IMG/VR virus record: IMGVR_UViG_3300013902_000010 | Span: 62,001-97,567 of that record | From: an uncultured virus (IMG/VR IMGVR_UViG_3300013902_000010) | Lineage: Duplodnaviria; Heunggongvirae; Uroviricota; Caudoviricetes | DNA length: 35,567 nt | Direction: 5' to 3' (one strand) | Part shown: positions 18,245 to 26,800 of the stretch, in pieces | Layout of the letters: each line of letters begins with the position of its first letter | Numbering within the stretch: the stretch's first letter is position 1 | The notes under the pieces: generated by a model | The model's database searches: none | Told to the model about the DNA's origin: nothing | What the model saw: only the letters and a program-made list of their open reading frames with translations | Made by a program: the position numbers and the translations under genes

Positions 18245-19644
18245 TCTTCCGAAGCCTTTCTATTCAGATTCTCCAAATATCTCTCACGGAAACCAGAGTA
18301 TTCGCTTGGCTCTGTGCCATCTTGTTTCCACGAAGAATAATCGTAGGTAAACTTGCCGACAATCATTTTCTCGCAGATAACTTTATCCAGTTCCGTAGGC
18401 TTCATTTCCCAGCCATTCACTTCCTCCATCCAAAACGAGAGCCATGTCTTGAGGAACATCGCATCCTCATGCTTGGGTGGAAGGTCGAACTGCACGAACA
18501 ATGCGCTGTCCTTGTCGTTTGCCTTGAGGAATTTTGATACCGCATCGTCTTTCAGGAAATATCTCTTATCCACCTCTTCTTCCAAGACATCCTCCAATTT
18601 CTTTTCCAGTTTGACAGGCTCAGGGAATTGGTAATCGAAAGCCACGTCTCTTCTCATCGAGAGGCAGAATACTCGGTCTCTGTTCTGTGGCACACCGTAA
18701 TCCTTGGCATTCAGTCTCGCCCATCGGTTCACGTAGCCAAGGCTCTCCAACTTCTGCAACCATTTCTTGAAGTCGGGCATGAACTTCTCGCTTACCAGTG
18801 CCGCCACATTCTCTTGCAGGAGATACTTAGGTTGCAATACTTCGATGGCATCGGCTACTCGCCAAAGCAAGGCACTTCGGGTGTCGCTACCCTCTTTCAG
18901 TCCCATCTGCTTGCCAGCCTGGCTGATGTCTTGGCAAGGAGATGAATAAGTAAACAAGTCCACCTCTCTGCCTTGCAAGCTATCCTTTACTTTGTGCCAA
19001 TCTATCTTGGTAATATCGCCAAGTGCTCGGTCGGCATATTGCGGAAACACGAGGTTGTGCATCTGACAGGCGTACTTGTCGATGTCGCTCCAACCCATGC
19101 ACGTCCATCTGAAATCGGGATGATCCTCACGCAAGGCATCAGCCGCCATCAACTGGCTGTCATATCCGCTGAAGGTAGTGATAATCACTTTCTCCTCTGG
19201 AGCCACCTTGTCGCCAGGCTGGATATTCGCCTTGTCGCTTGGGTCTTTCTCCACCGGCATAGACGGCAACACGTCGTCGGGAAAGAAATCATCGAAGAGC
19301 GATGCTTGCTGTGCCTGTGGTTGCTTGGGTGCTGGGTACCAAAGCTGCGAGTAGATGCTTTTCAGCACATCTACTACGATGGAGTTGCCAGCCTGCTTGT
19401 ATTGTTGGCTCGCCGATATAACCATATCATTATCGTTACCTTTTACAGCCTTGCCAAAGATATGTGCCCAAGCATCTTTGCCGAATGCGCTTGATATGCG
19501 AGTCTTGGCAAGGGATATGCTTGCTTGCATCAGGAGGATTACTCCGTCCCGAATGCCCATCAATCTGAAACACTCCTTGGGAGTCAGCTTTCTGATGGCA
19601 TACGATTTTATCGTTCTGTCCTTGAAGTTTATTTTTGTTATCAT
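18241..19644 (-). CDS. Circularly permuted C5-cytosine DNA methyltransferase core
   Basis: Motif order: IX (RKLTPKECFRLMG), X (YKQAGNSIVVDVL), linker, I (FSGYDS variant), II (WSDID), III (GDITKI), IV (SSPCQDIS), VI (QENV), VII (AKDYG), VIII (PQNRDRVF). Confidence 0.9.
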   Translation of the reverse strand: MITKINFKDRTIKSYAIRKLTPKECFRLMGIRDGVILLMQASISLAKTRISSAFGKDAWAHIFGKAVKGNDNDMVISASQQYKQAGNSIVVDVLKSIYSQLWYPAPKQPQAQQASLFDDFFPDDVLPSMPVEKDPSDKANIQPGDKVAPEEKVIITTFSGYDSQLMAADALREDHPDFRWTCMGWSDIDKYACQMHNLVFPQYADRALGDITKIDWHKVKDSLQGREVDLFTYSSPCQDISQAGKQMGLKEGSDTRSALLWRVADAIEVLQPKYLLQENVAALVSEKFMPDFKKWLQKLESLGYVNRWARLNAKDYGVPQNRDRVFCLSMRRDVAFDYQFPEPVKLEKKLEDVLEEEVDKRYFLKDDAVSKFLKANDKDSALFVQFDLPPKHEDAMFLKTWLSFWMEEVNGWEMKPTELDKVICEKMIVGKFTYDYSSWKQDGTEPSEYSGFRERYLENLNRKASEE

Positions 19645-19657
19645 TGTTACTTTGTTT

Positions 19658-19831
19658 TTATAATTCTATCAAAACATTACCAACGTTTCCACTTACCACG
19701 GCATAGGCAGGTTTTTTTGCATTGCTGATACAAAGTTCACTTACACCTCGCTTGTCTGGTGTATCGCGATAAAAGCGAATAGTATCATCTGCTCGCCACA
19801 CCATACGGATAAGGTCTTTTCTATTACTCAT
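19658..19831 (-). CDS. TRD-like module U3 (intact; in-frame A7)
   Basis: MSNRKDLIRMVWRADDTIRFYRDTPDKRGVSELCISNAKKPAYAVVSGNVGNVLIEL*, 57 aa. Confidence 0.65.
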   Translation of the reverse strand: MSNRKDLIRMVWRADDTIRFYRDTPDKRGVSELCISNAKKPAYAVVSGNVGNVLIEL

Positions 19832-19980
19832 ACTCTAATAATATTGCGGGTGGGTGGCTATCTGCCTTTACGCAACGAGATGTTCCATTAAAGAATATCC
19901 GATGCTCGAAACAATCAGAAAGATTGAAATATACCCCCCCCTATTTTGGGGATATGATAGTCTATCTTAATTTTATTCAT
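19824..19980 (-). pseudogene. TRD-like module U2 (OFF; G8, in frame as G7)
   Basis: MNKIKIDYHIPKI, then G8 (19934-19941). G7 gives GGVYFNLSDCFEHRIFFNGTSRCVKADSHPPAILLEYE*, 51 aa. Confidence 0.7.
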
Positions 19981-20155
19981 ACACGATTGCTATTACTGGT
20001 GTCTGCCCACCGCCTAACCCCATTGCCGAGGTGAGCGTGAAGCAAATATCCTTCAAAGAGCAAAAAGTATTCATTCCATGCGCTTGCATATTGCCAAACA
20101 CGGAAGTAGTCTCTATTTTTTTTACGATGATGGCTATAGCCTCTGCTCTAATCAT
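19973..20155 (-). CDS. TRD-like module U1 (intact; in-frame A8)
   Basis: MIRAEAIAII...ICFTLTSAMGLGGGQTPVIAIVYE*, 60 aa. The ORF-track start at 20266 runs through the tRNA, so the ATG at 20155 is preferred. Confidence 0.7.
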   Translation of the reverse strand: MIRAEAIAIIVKKIETTSVFGNMQAHGMNTFCSLKDICFTLTSAMGLGGGQTPVIAIVYE

Positions 20156-20181
20156 TGATATACCTTTTTTATTTATAATAG

Positions 20182-20254
20182 AGCTGAATACAGGACTCGA
20201 ACCTATGACCTTTCGCTTACAAGGCGAACGCTCTGCCAACTGAGCTAATCCAGC
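20182..20254 (-). tRNA. tRNA-Thr(UGU)
   Basis: Cloverleaf GCTGGAT-TA-GCTC AGTTGGCA GAGC-G-TTCGC CT TGT AA GCGAA-AGGTC-ATAGG TTCGAGT CCTGT-ATTCAGC-T, 73 nt. CCA is not encoded. Confidence 0.92.
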
Positions 20255-20579
20255 GAGAAGACTCATCTATCCTCACGAACCGATGAGCTGAGTAGAATAA
20301 AAAAAATTACTTTTATTCTGTACTTTATTTTAAGAAAGCAATCCTCTATACTCACGCACCAAGGATATGCAAGATTTTTGATGATAATATTTTTAGATGT
20401 CAAAGTCAAGTCATAATGCAGCTTCCGCCGAAGCCATGACACTTTTAACATGGGATCTATCTGCTATGTTTTGCTTAGAAACATTTGCAGCTCTTTTTCC
20501 TAAAAAGAAGATAAAATCCAAAAGTATTCACCTTATTACTATTTATCACTTATGCGAATATGAAGTATCTTATAACGAA

Positions 20580-20891
20580 TCAATGCGTGATGAATCGGGT
20601 GCCATCCACCTCCAACACCAAGATGTCGTTCACCATTCTTATCTCCTTGCTCTTTACAAACTGAACCATGCGTTGATGGCGAAGCACATCTACCTTTAGG
20701 CAAACGCACTCACCTTCATCCACGTGCCCAGTCTTGGTAAGAAACTTGATGTAGAACGGCTTCCGCTCCACCTTTCTTGCGGTTTGTGGGTGGATATACC
20801 CCGTAACTTGTTGCCCGCTACGTGGGTCTATCCACTGCCACTTCTCGCAGAATTGTCTAAGATTGGTATAACTTTGTCGATATTTTGCCAT
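20580..20891 (-). CDS. Hypothetical phage protein
   Basis: 103 aa ORF in the leftward operon. Confidence 0.65.
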   Translation of the reverse strand: MAKYRQSYTNLRQFCEKWQWIDPRSGQQVTGYIHPQTARKVERKPFYIKFLTKTGHVDEGECVCLKVDVLRHQRMVQFVKSKEIRMVNDILVLEVDGTRFITH

Positions 20892-20952
20892 GATATAAAA
20901 TCCGTGTAATCCGTGTAATCCGTGCCTTATTCATTCAGTCGCACCCAAAGCC

Positions 20953-21654
20953 CTACCCCATCTGTCCGAAGTCGTGGTGGTCGCCGTGACTCAAAGGTTG
21001 CTCCTTATCATCGTCATACGGTGGGAACGAGGCTTTCAGGAATCTTGAGAGCAATCTATCCTTCACCTCTCGCTTATCCTTGATAACCTGCTGTCGTTGG
21101 TGCAGCACATCGGGGAAACAGACGTTCTTCACAGGGTTGCCCCAGGTGAGCGCATTTAGCCAGTTGGCTTGGTCGGGCAGGAACTGGAGCGAGTAAGCGG
21201 AAGTCTTGCCGCTCATCTTCTCCAACATCGGCCCCGATAGAATAAGAGCCTTGTCTTTCTTGTAGAGCACCATGTGAGAAGCTACGTTGCTCACGTCCTG
21301 GCTGCGGGCATAGAGCAACCTATCCTTATACTCGGCGAGGTGAATATCCATCAGGCTCTCAGCATTCTTGCTGGTGGTGAGCACCAAGTGGGTAATCCAT
21401 TCTCGCTCGAAACACTGCTGTAAGAACACCGCCGTCTCTGGAAGTATCTGAGGCATGGCGAGCACCATCACCGTATAAGTTTTCTTGTGGTTGGGTGCAT
21501 CGTCCACCAAGAAGCCGATGGCTCTGAAGAACTTCTCCATCGTTACGTCGCCATGCGTATAGAACGTGAGCGTTCGTCTTGGTGCCTCACCCACTGCCTT
21601 GGGTAGTTTCCTATCCACGCAGCAGGGAGGTATGAAAAGTAATGTATCATCCAT
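20953..21654 (-). CDS. Hypothetical phage protein
   Basis: 233 aa ORF in the leftward operon. Confidence 0.7.
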   Translation of the reverse strand: MDDTLLFIPPCCVDRKLPKAVGEAPRRTLTFYTHGDVTMEKFFRAIGFLVDDAPNHKKTYTVMVLAMPQILPETAVFLQQCFEREWITHLVLTTSKNAESLMDIHLAEYKDRLLYARSQDVSNVASHMVLYKKDKALILSGPMLEKMSGKTSAYSLQFLPDQANWLNALTWGNPVKNVCFPDVLHQRQQVIKDKREVKDRLLSRFLKASFPPYDDDKEQPLSHGDHHDFGQMG

Positions 21655-21706
21655 ATCAGAAGAGAGTTTTTTCTAATCCTTGGAAGTTTCTTTATCGGGA
21701 ATTTTC

Positions 21707-22903
21707 TTAGTCGTTGAGCAACATCGGCATCACGAGGGTCGTTACCTTGCTGGCAGGATTATCCTCCGTAACCGTAATGGCACGGCTCTTGTCGATGAAG
21801 TTCAATCGAACGTTCTCTGTAGGGATGGCGTTCACGCTATCCATCAGCGTAAGCCAAGAGAAGCCGATAAGGAAACCCTCTGGGCACTCGCTATCCGTAA
21901 CCAACACTTGGTCTTCGCCCGATACCGAGAAGTCGATGTCCTGTGCGGAAATGTCGAAGAACATGCCATCCTTCTTCATCGAAATCAGCTTGGAGCTTTC
22001 GCTACTGAAGAGGGAGATACGCTTGATGATGCTCAACAACTCTCGCTTGTTGCATACCGCATAGTAAGGAGTATCTTTCGGGATAACCGAATTGTAGTTA
22101 GGATATTTGCCATCCACCAAGGTACAAACATACTCAATATCGCCCGAAGCGAAGCGCACCGTCTTGCCGTCGCACTGGATATTGATGTCCTCGCAATCCT
22201 CGAATACGGAAAGGACTTTCAGATACTGGGAGTGAACCAAAATCTTCATGGCTGCACCCTGGCGATAGAAGTCGCTGCCTCCCTGCTCTGGCTTGTTAGG
22301 GTGAATCTGTTTGAAGAGCTTATGGCCGTCGGAAGCCACAAAGACTGCCTCCGAGAAGTCTTCGGTCACGTCGATGCAAAGGCAGTTCATCACTGGGCGC
22401 AACTCATCGGCTGCCACAAACTTGCCAGCGTTGCCCAGAACGGACTTGAATACTGACATCGGGAAGACTACCTCTGTATATCCATCGCCGATTTTTCTTG
22501 CCAAAGGGAAATCGTCTGCCTTGTCGTAGCCGAGCGATACCTTACCTGTCTTCACGTTCTCGCCATCGCCTGTGCAATACTCGATGGTGAAGTCTTGCGA
22601 GTCTTCCGAAATATCGAATGTCACCACGCAATCGCCTGGCAGGGTACCGATGAATGATGTAAGCATAGCCACTGGCAATACGATGTCCTTGCTGTACTTG
22701 CCCTCCACGATGCTGAAAGGCGCAGGGATGGTGAGCTGTGAGTCGGATGTGGCAGATATAAAGAAGAACTTGCCATCGCCATCTCTTCGTTGGGTGAGCA
22801 ACACATTGGCGAGGATAGCCATGCTTGCCTTATTGTCGATGCACTTGGAGGCTTTATGGAGAGCCAGTTTCAGTGCCGCTGCTGAAGAAACTTGAATTTT
22901 CAT
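21707..22903 (-). CDS. dnaN: DNA polymerase III beta subunit (sliding clamp)
   Basis: AILANVLL, DELRPVMNC, VASDGHKL, GKYPNYNSVIP and C-terminal LVMPM motifs. Confidence 0.92.
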   Translation of the reverse strand: MKIQVSSAAALKLALHKASKCIDNKASMAILANVLLTQRRDGDGKFFFISATSDSQLTIPAPFSIVEGKYSKDIVLPVAMLTSFIGTLPGDCVVTFDISEDSQDFTIEYCTGDGENVKTGKVSLGYDKADDFPLARKIGDGYTEVVFPMSVFKSVLGNAGKFVAADELRPVMNCLCIDVTEDFSEAVFVASDGHKLFKQIHPNKPEQGGSDFYRQGAAMKILVHSQYLKVLSVFEDCEDINIQCDGKTVRFASGDIEYVCTLVDGKYPNYNSVIPKDTPYYAVCNKRELLSIIKRISLFSSESSKLISMKKDGMFFDISAQDIDFSVSGEDQVLVTDSECPEGFLIGFSWLTLMDSVNAIPTENVRLNFIDKSRAITVTEDNPASKVTTLVMPMLLND

Positions 22904-22964
22904 ATCGTTATTTTGTTTTTGAAGTTTTTTATGTTTGAAGTTTTTTTATGTTTGAAGTTTGAAT

Positions 22965-23579
22965 TTAGAATGGCAAATCGCTGTTAGGATCATCGTAGCC
23001 CTCCATCTTGGTTGGGTCGTAACCGCTGCCATCCGTAGGTGGTACCCAAGATGTGGCATTGCCAGCCTGGGCATAGCCGCCTTGTGGGTAGGCTTGCTGA
23101 TTGTTGGTAGGCTGTGGCTGATAGAGCTGGGCGATACGTTTGTTCATACGATTGCGGATAGCCTTGAAAAGGTGGGTATTCTCATCGTTGAAGTCTTGAC
23201 TCACGATGGCTGGGTCTTTTTCCTTGTTAGCCTCCTTCACCTCTTCTACAAGTTTAGGGTAAGCTTTCGCTACCGCCTTGATGTATTCCACGGAGAATGA
23301 AAGCTGCATCTCGTGGGTAGGCACGCTGACGTTGCTATCACCACGCTCCTGTGCGCTTCGACGAGCCGCATTCTTGTATTGCTCACTGAAAGGCCAGATG
23401 TTCACTCTCAACTTCGCCATCTGCTTGTTGGGGTTGTTCTTCGATGCCTCTACTCTAATCTCGTTCACATCGAGAGGAATGCAGATGTAAGGACGCTGTG
23501 CATTCTTCTCGTCGAGACCTACTAAGACCTTGGACCCATTCAGAGCCAGGAGGTCGATATTACCATTATAACTTGCCAT
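22965..23579 (-). CDS. Probable ssDNA-binding protein
   Basis: Q/G/P-rich linker and acidic SDLPF tail resembling SSB; lies in the replication module. Confidence 0.5.
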   Translation of the reverse strand: MASYNGNIDLLALNGSKVLVGLDEKNAQRPYICIPLDVNEIRVEASKNNPNKQMAKLRVNIWPFSEQYKNAARRSAQERGDSNVSVPTHEMQLSFSVEYIKAVAKAYPKLVEEVKEANKEKDPAIVSQDFNDENTHLFKAIRNRMNKRIAQLYQPQPTNNQQAYPQGGYAQAGNATSWVPPTDGSGYDPTKMEGYDDPNSDLPF

Positions 23580-23600
23580 ACTTTTTAGTATTTATTTGTT

Positions 23601-23840
23601 TTACAAAAATTTCAATTCACCTTCTATAAACTTAATGTATGTCTTAAAGAATTGCGTTACCCACTCGCAAGCTCCGCTACCATTGTAGGTACATCTGCCC
23701 GTGCAGTTGGTTCGGGTACCATCGAAGTGCTGGCAATACTCGCCTACTCCCATGCCTCCCCGATGCTGTGGGCAAAGATACACGAAGGTATCTACCCAAG
23801 CTTGTCGGTTCGCAATCCTAACGCCTTTCTTCTGTTTCAT
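23601..23840 (-). CDS. Small Cys-rich protein
   Basis: 79 aa with five Cys, inside the operon. Confidence 0.55.
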   Translation of the reverse strand: MKQKKGVRIANRQAWVDTFVYLCPQHRGGMGVGEYCQHFDGTRTNCTGRCTYNGSGACEWVTQFFKTYIKFIEGELKFL

Positions 23841-23862
23841 ATTCTTTTATTGTTTTGTTGCC

Positions 23863-26800
23863 TTAGAACGGCAAATCGCTCTTGTCTATTTGCGATACCA
23901 TATCGGCACCACTGCCAGGAGTATTGCCATTGTTACCAGCCGAAGAACTCCTTCTGCCCTGCCTACGAGAAACGAAGCTCTTCCAGCGTTCCTCCTCTTC
24001 CATCGTGAGCGATACGATGTTTCCATCATCATCACGATATGGCATTGGGTCAGGCGACTCGGCATATTCTTTTGCGATACGTTTCAGTTCGCTGTAATCC
24101 TTCGGTATCGGGTCCTTGCCTGGACGGTAGAAGAAGAAGACGTGCGAACTGGTCTCTATCCGTCGGATATACTTAGGTTCCACGCTATCATCGTTCTCCC
24201 ACTCCCTGCCTACGAAGTATTCTTGCGTTACCCAGGCTTGCAGCTTGAAGCAACCACGGTGCTTGTCGCTGTTGTTGGATAGCAACTGAGGAGGGTTACA
24301 GGTAATGCCCATATTCTCGCAGTAGTCCTTGATTTTCTTCTTGAACGTGGCACGAGAGTATTCTTTCGACTTGCCCTCACTAGCATCCGCCCAGTCTCTC
24401 ATAAACTCTCGGAACATATCTTCCGTGCAGATAGGCACGCCATACACCTCGTTTCTCGCAAAGAAGTACTCGAAGTATCTCACGATGCTCTCGGTCAGCT
24501 TCTGCACCATCTGACGGCGGCGAACGTTCTGCTGAGGAGCGATGGCAAACGTATGGTACCGCATGATAAACTGCACTGCCAAGGCGCATACATATATCGT
24601 TTGATTGCGGTCGGTATCTGTCAGATGCTCCGGCTCCATACGGAAGTGCTTCATCACGTCCTTGGGCGATCGTGCCGGCTTGCGCTTCTGCGGATTGGCT
24701 CGTGCAAATCTATCCGAGAACGATACCAAGGGAAAACGACCGATGGTGGAATCATCATCATCGCTCAATGGATTGTTGCTCGTGATAACGTGCTCTGGCG
24801 AGTCTTCCATCTTGAAAGTGATAGGGTCTCCAAACTTTCGCTCTACGTCGGTACCATTCGTTACCTTGTTGTAGAAGTATTTCATCGGGAAACTCTTGGG
24901 CTTATCCTCCCAATGCACCACCCTGTACTTGCCAGGGAATAGGAGCAATGCCGACAAACTGAACTTGGCATCCGAGATAGTGGCGAAGCTCTTCATGTTT
25001 ACGCTCAACACGTTCACAGCCGAGCCTACCACCAAGTTTATCATCACGCTCTTGCCCGAACCACCGCTGGCTTGCTTCTCGTCTTGGATATTGTCTTCCA
25101 GGAGATAAGGGCAGATACTCTGCATATCATCCCAGGAGCGATAACAGACACGTCCGATGCAAGAAATCATATTGGCGAAATGGGAATTGATAACCGCCAT
25201 CTCGTCGGGCGACAAAGGCTCCTTGTTTCTCATCGCCGATTGCTCCACCTCCCAAAGGGTATTAGAACATCCTCTGATGATACGCAGGATAGGCCAAAGG
25301 TCTCTCTCCTGCTTGCCTTTCCAATCTACCGTCCATCGGTAGGTCTGGCTCCACTCTTCCAGCTCTGCCCTCATACGACCTATCTCGTCGATGGTGAAGA
25401 CAGGAGAACCGTCCTCGTTGCGCATCTCTTCCTTTTGGTTGATGGCATTCAGCCGTTCTCGATAATCCTGGCTTTCGCTGATAATGAAAGGTGGATTGAA
25501 CACCTTCATCGTGAAGTCGTATGGCTTTCGGGCGAGCGATGGAATGAAGAAGTTTATCTTGTCGTAAGATACCGGTGTTATCGCTTCGGGTGTTATCTTC
25601 AGTGCCACATTATGGAAGTAGAAATACTCCGTATGGGCATCGAATGATTCCGCAAAGTCTATCACCATGCTCTGCAAGCCGCCAGCCGATTTCTCCGAAA
25701 AGTTCTTGTCGATGAGATTGGCGCAATCCGACATCATCTTTCGTTCTTGGTCGTTGTGTCGCCAACTCTGTTCGATAAACTCAAGGAGCAATGTCTTCGC
25801 TGCCTGGATGATGCTCTTGGCATCTATGTATTCCACGAAGCACCTATCAAGGTGGATGTATTGCCCCACGAGGTCGGTGCTGTCAGGGTCTATCATTCTA
25901 TAATATCCGTGGCACGTCATAAACAACCATACCTTTGTAGGCGACACCTTGCAGGTAGGTGGCTTCGGCTTGCCGCTTCTTGGGTCTCTCGAATAGTCGA
26001 TTTCAAAAGGGTCGGTGTTCTTGGCATCCCTTAGCTTGGAATAGAGCGGAATCTTGATGTCATGGTCGAACTTGAAGTTATCGGCATCCGTCATGTGGTA
26101 AGACATCATATAGTCTCTCACCGAGCGAGGGGTGCAACCATACAACCATTTCCACCTTTGATTATACTTGCTGCGGAATGGCTCGGGAAGCATCGCATAG
26201 CATAGGTCGCTATACTTGGAGGCGATGGCTCCACAATCCCTTTGACTGGCGATGTCGTTAGGATAGAGGATAATCACCCTCTCGGCAAATCGCTTCATCT
26301 TCTGATATTGCACGGCATTGAAGTCAAGCTTCTCTTGCCTCCACTGCCCATGGTCGATATACCAGAAGTTTCTCCTACCGATGGAGAAAGCCACATGGTA
26401 CCAACAATATTTCTGAAAGTGATTGTCCGAAAACTTCTCGCTTCGCAAGGAGCGCATAGCGTAATAGATGCTCAATGCATCTTCGGGCGTACGACAAAAC
26501 ACGATGTTCTGTGCCTTGATTTCGCCCGCCTCAATATCTATCTGCTCGGAATGGAAGGTGCCTTTCGGCGTACCGTCCTGTTTCTCGTTCTCTACCCAGA
26601 TTTCTTCTTGCTCGGTATATTGCTCGTAAGGGTCGAATTGTTCGATGGCAGACTTTACTGCCGTCGATTTCTCACTGCGATGGTCCATCGCCCAGGTGAA
26701 CACCTTGTCGCCCATAAGCCACTTGCTTACCTTTCTCACGGTATGTCCCTCGGCTGTGCTGAAGACAATCGGGTCTTGCTGCATGGCAGGACGAAAGAAA

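Noticed and set aside
5519..19941. A single programmed -1 ribosomal frameshift as the explanation for all broken genes
   Set aside because: Modules U2 and G need the opposite shift and the codon phase of the G runs varies. DNA-level or transcriptional slippage fits better, though sequencing error cannot be excluded without reads.
17149..20155. DGR, shufflon or integron as explanation for the module array
   Set aside because: No reverse transcriptase, template/variable repeat pair, recombinase, inverted cassettes or attC-like hairpins are visible in the window.
19973..20266. ORF-track 97 aa protein starting MSLLAGLAQLAERSPCK
   Set aside because: Its N-terminal part is a translation of the tRNA-Thr gene; the real start is more likely 20155.
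20263..20579. Short ORFs on both strands in the AT-rich gap upstream of the tRNA
   Set aside because: No recognisable motifs or convincing start context.
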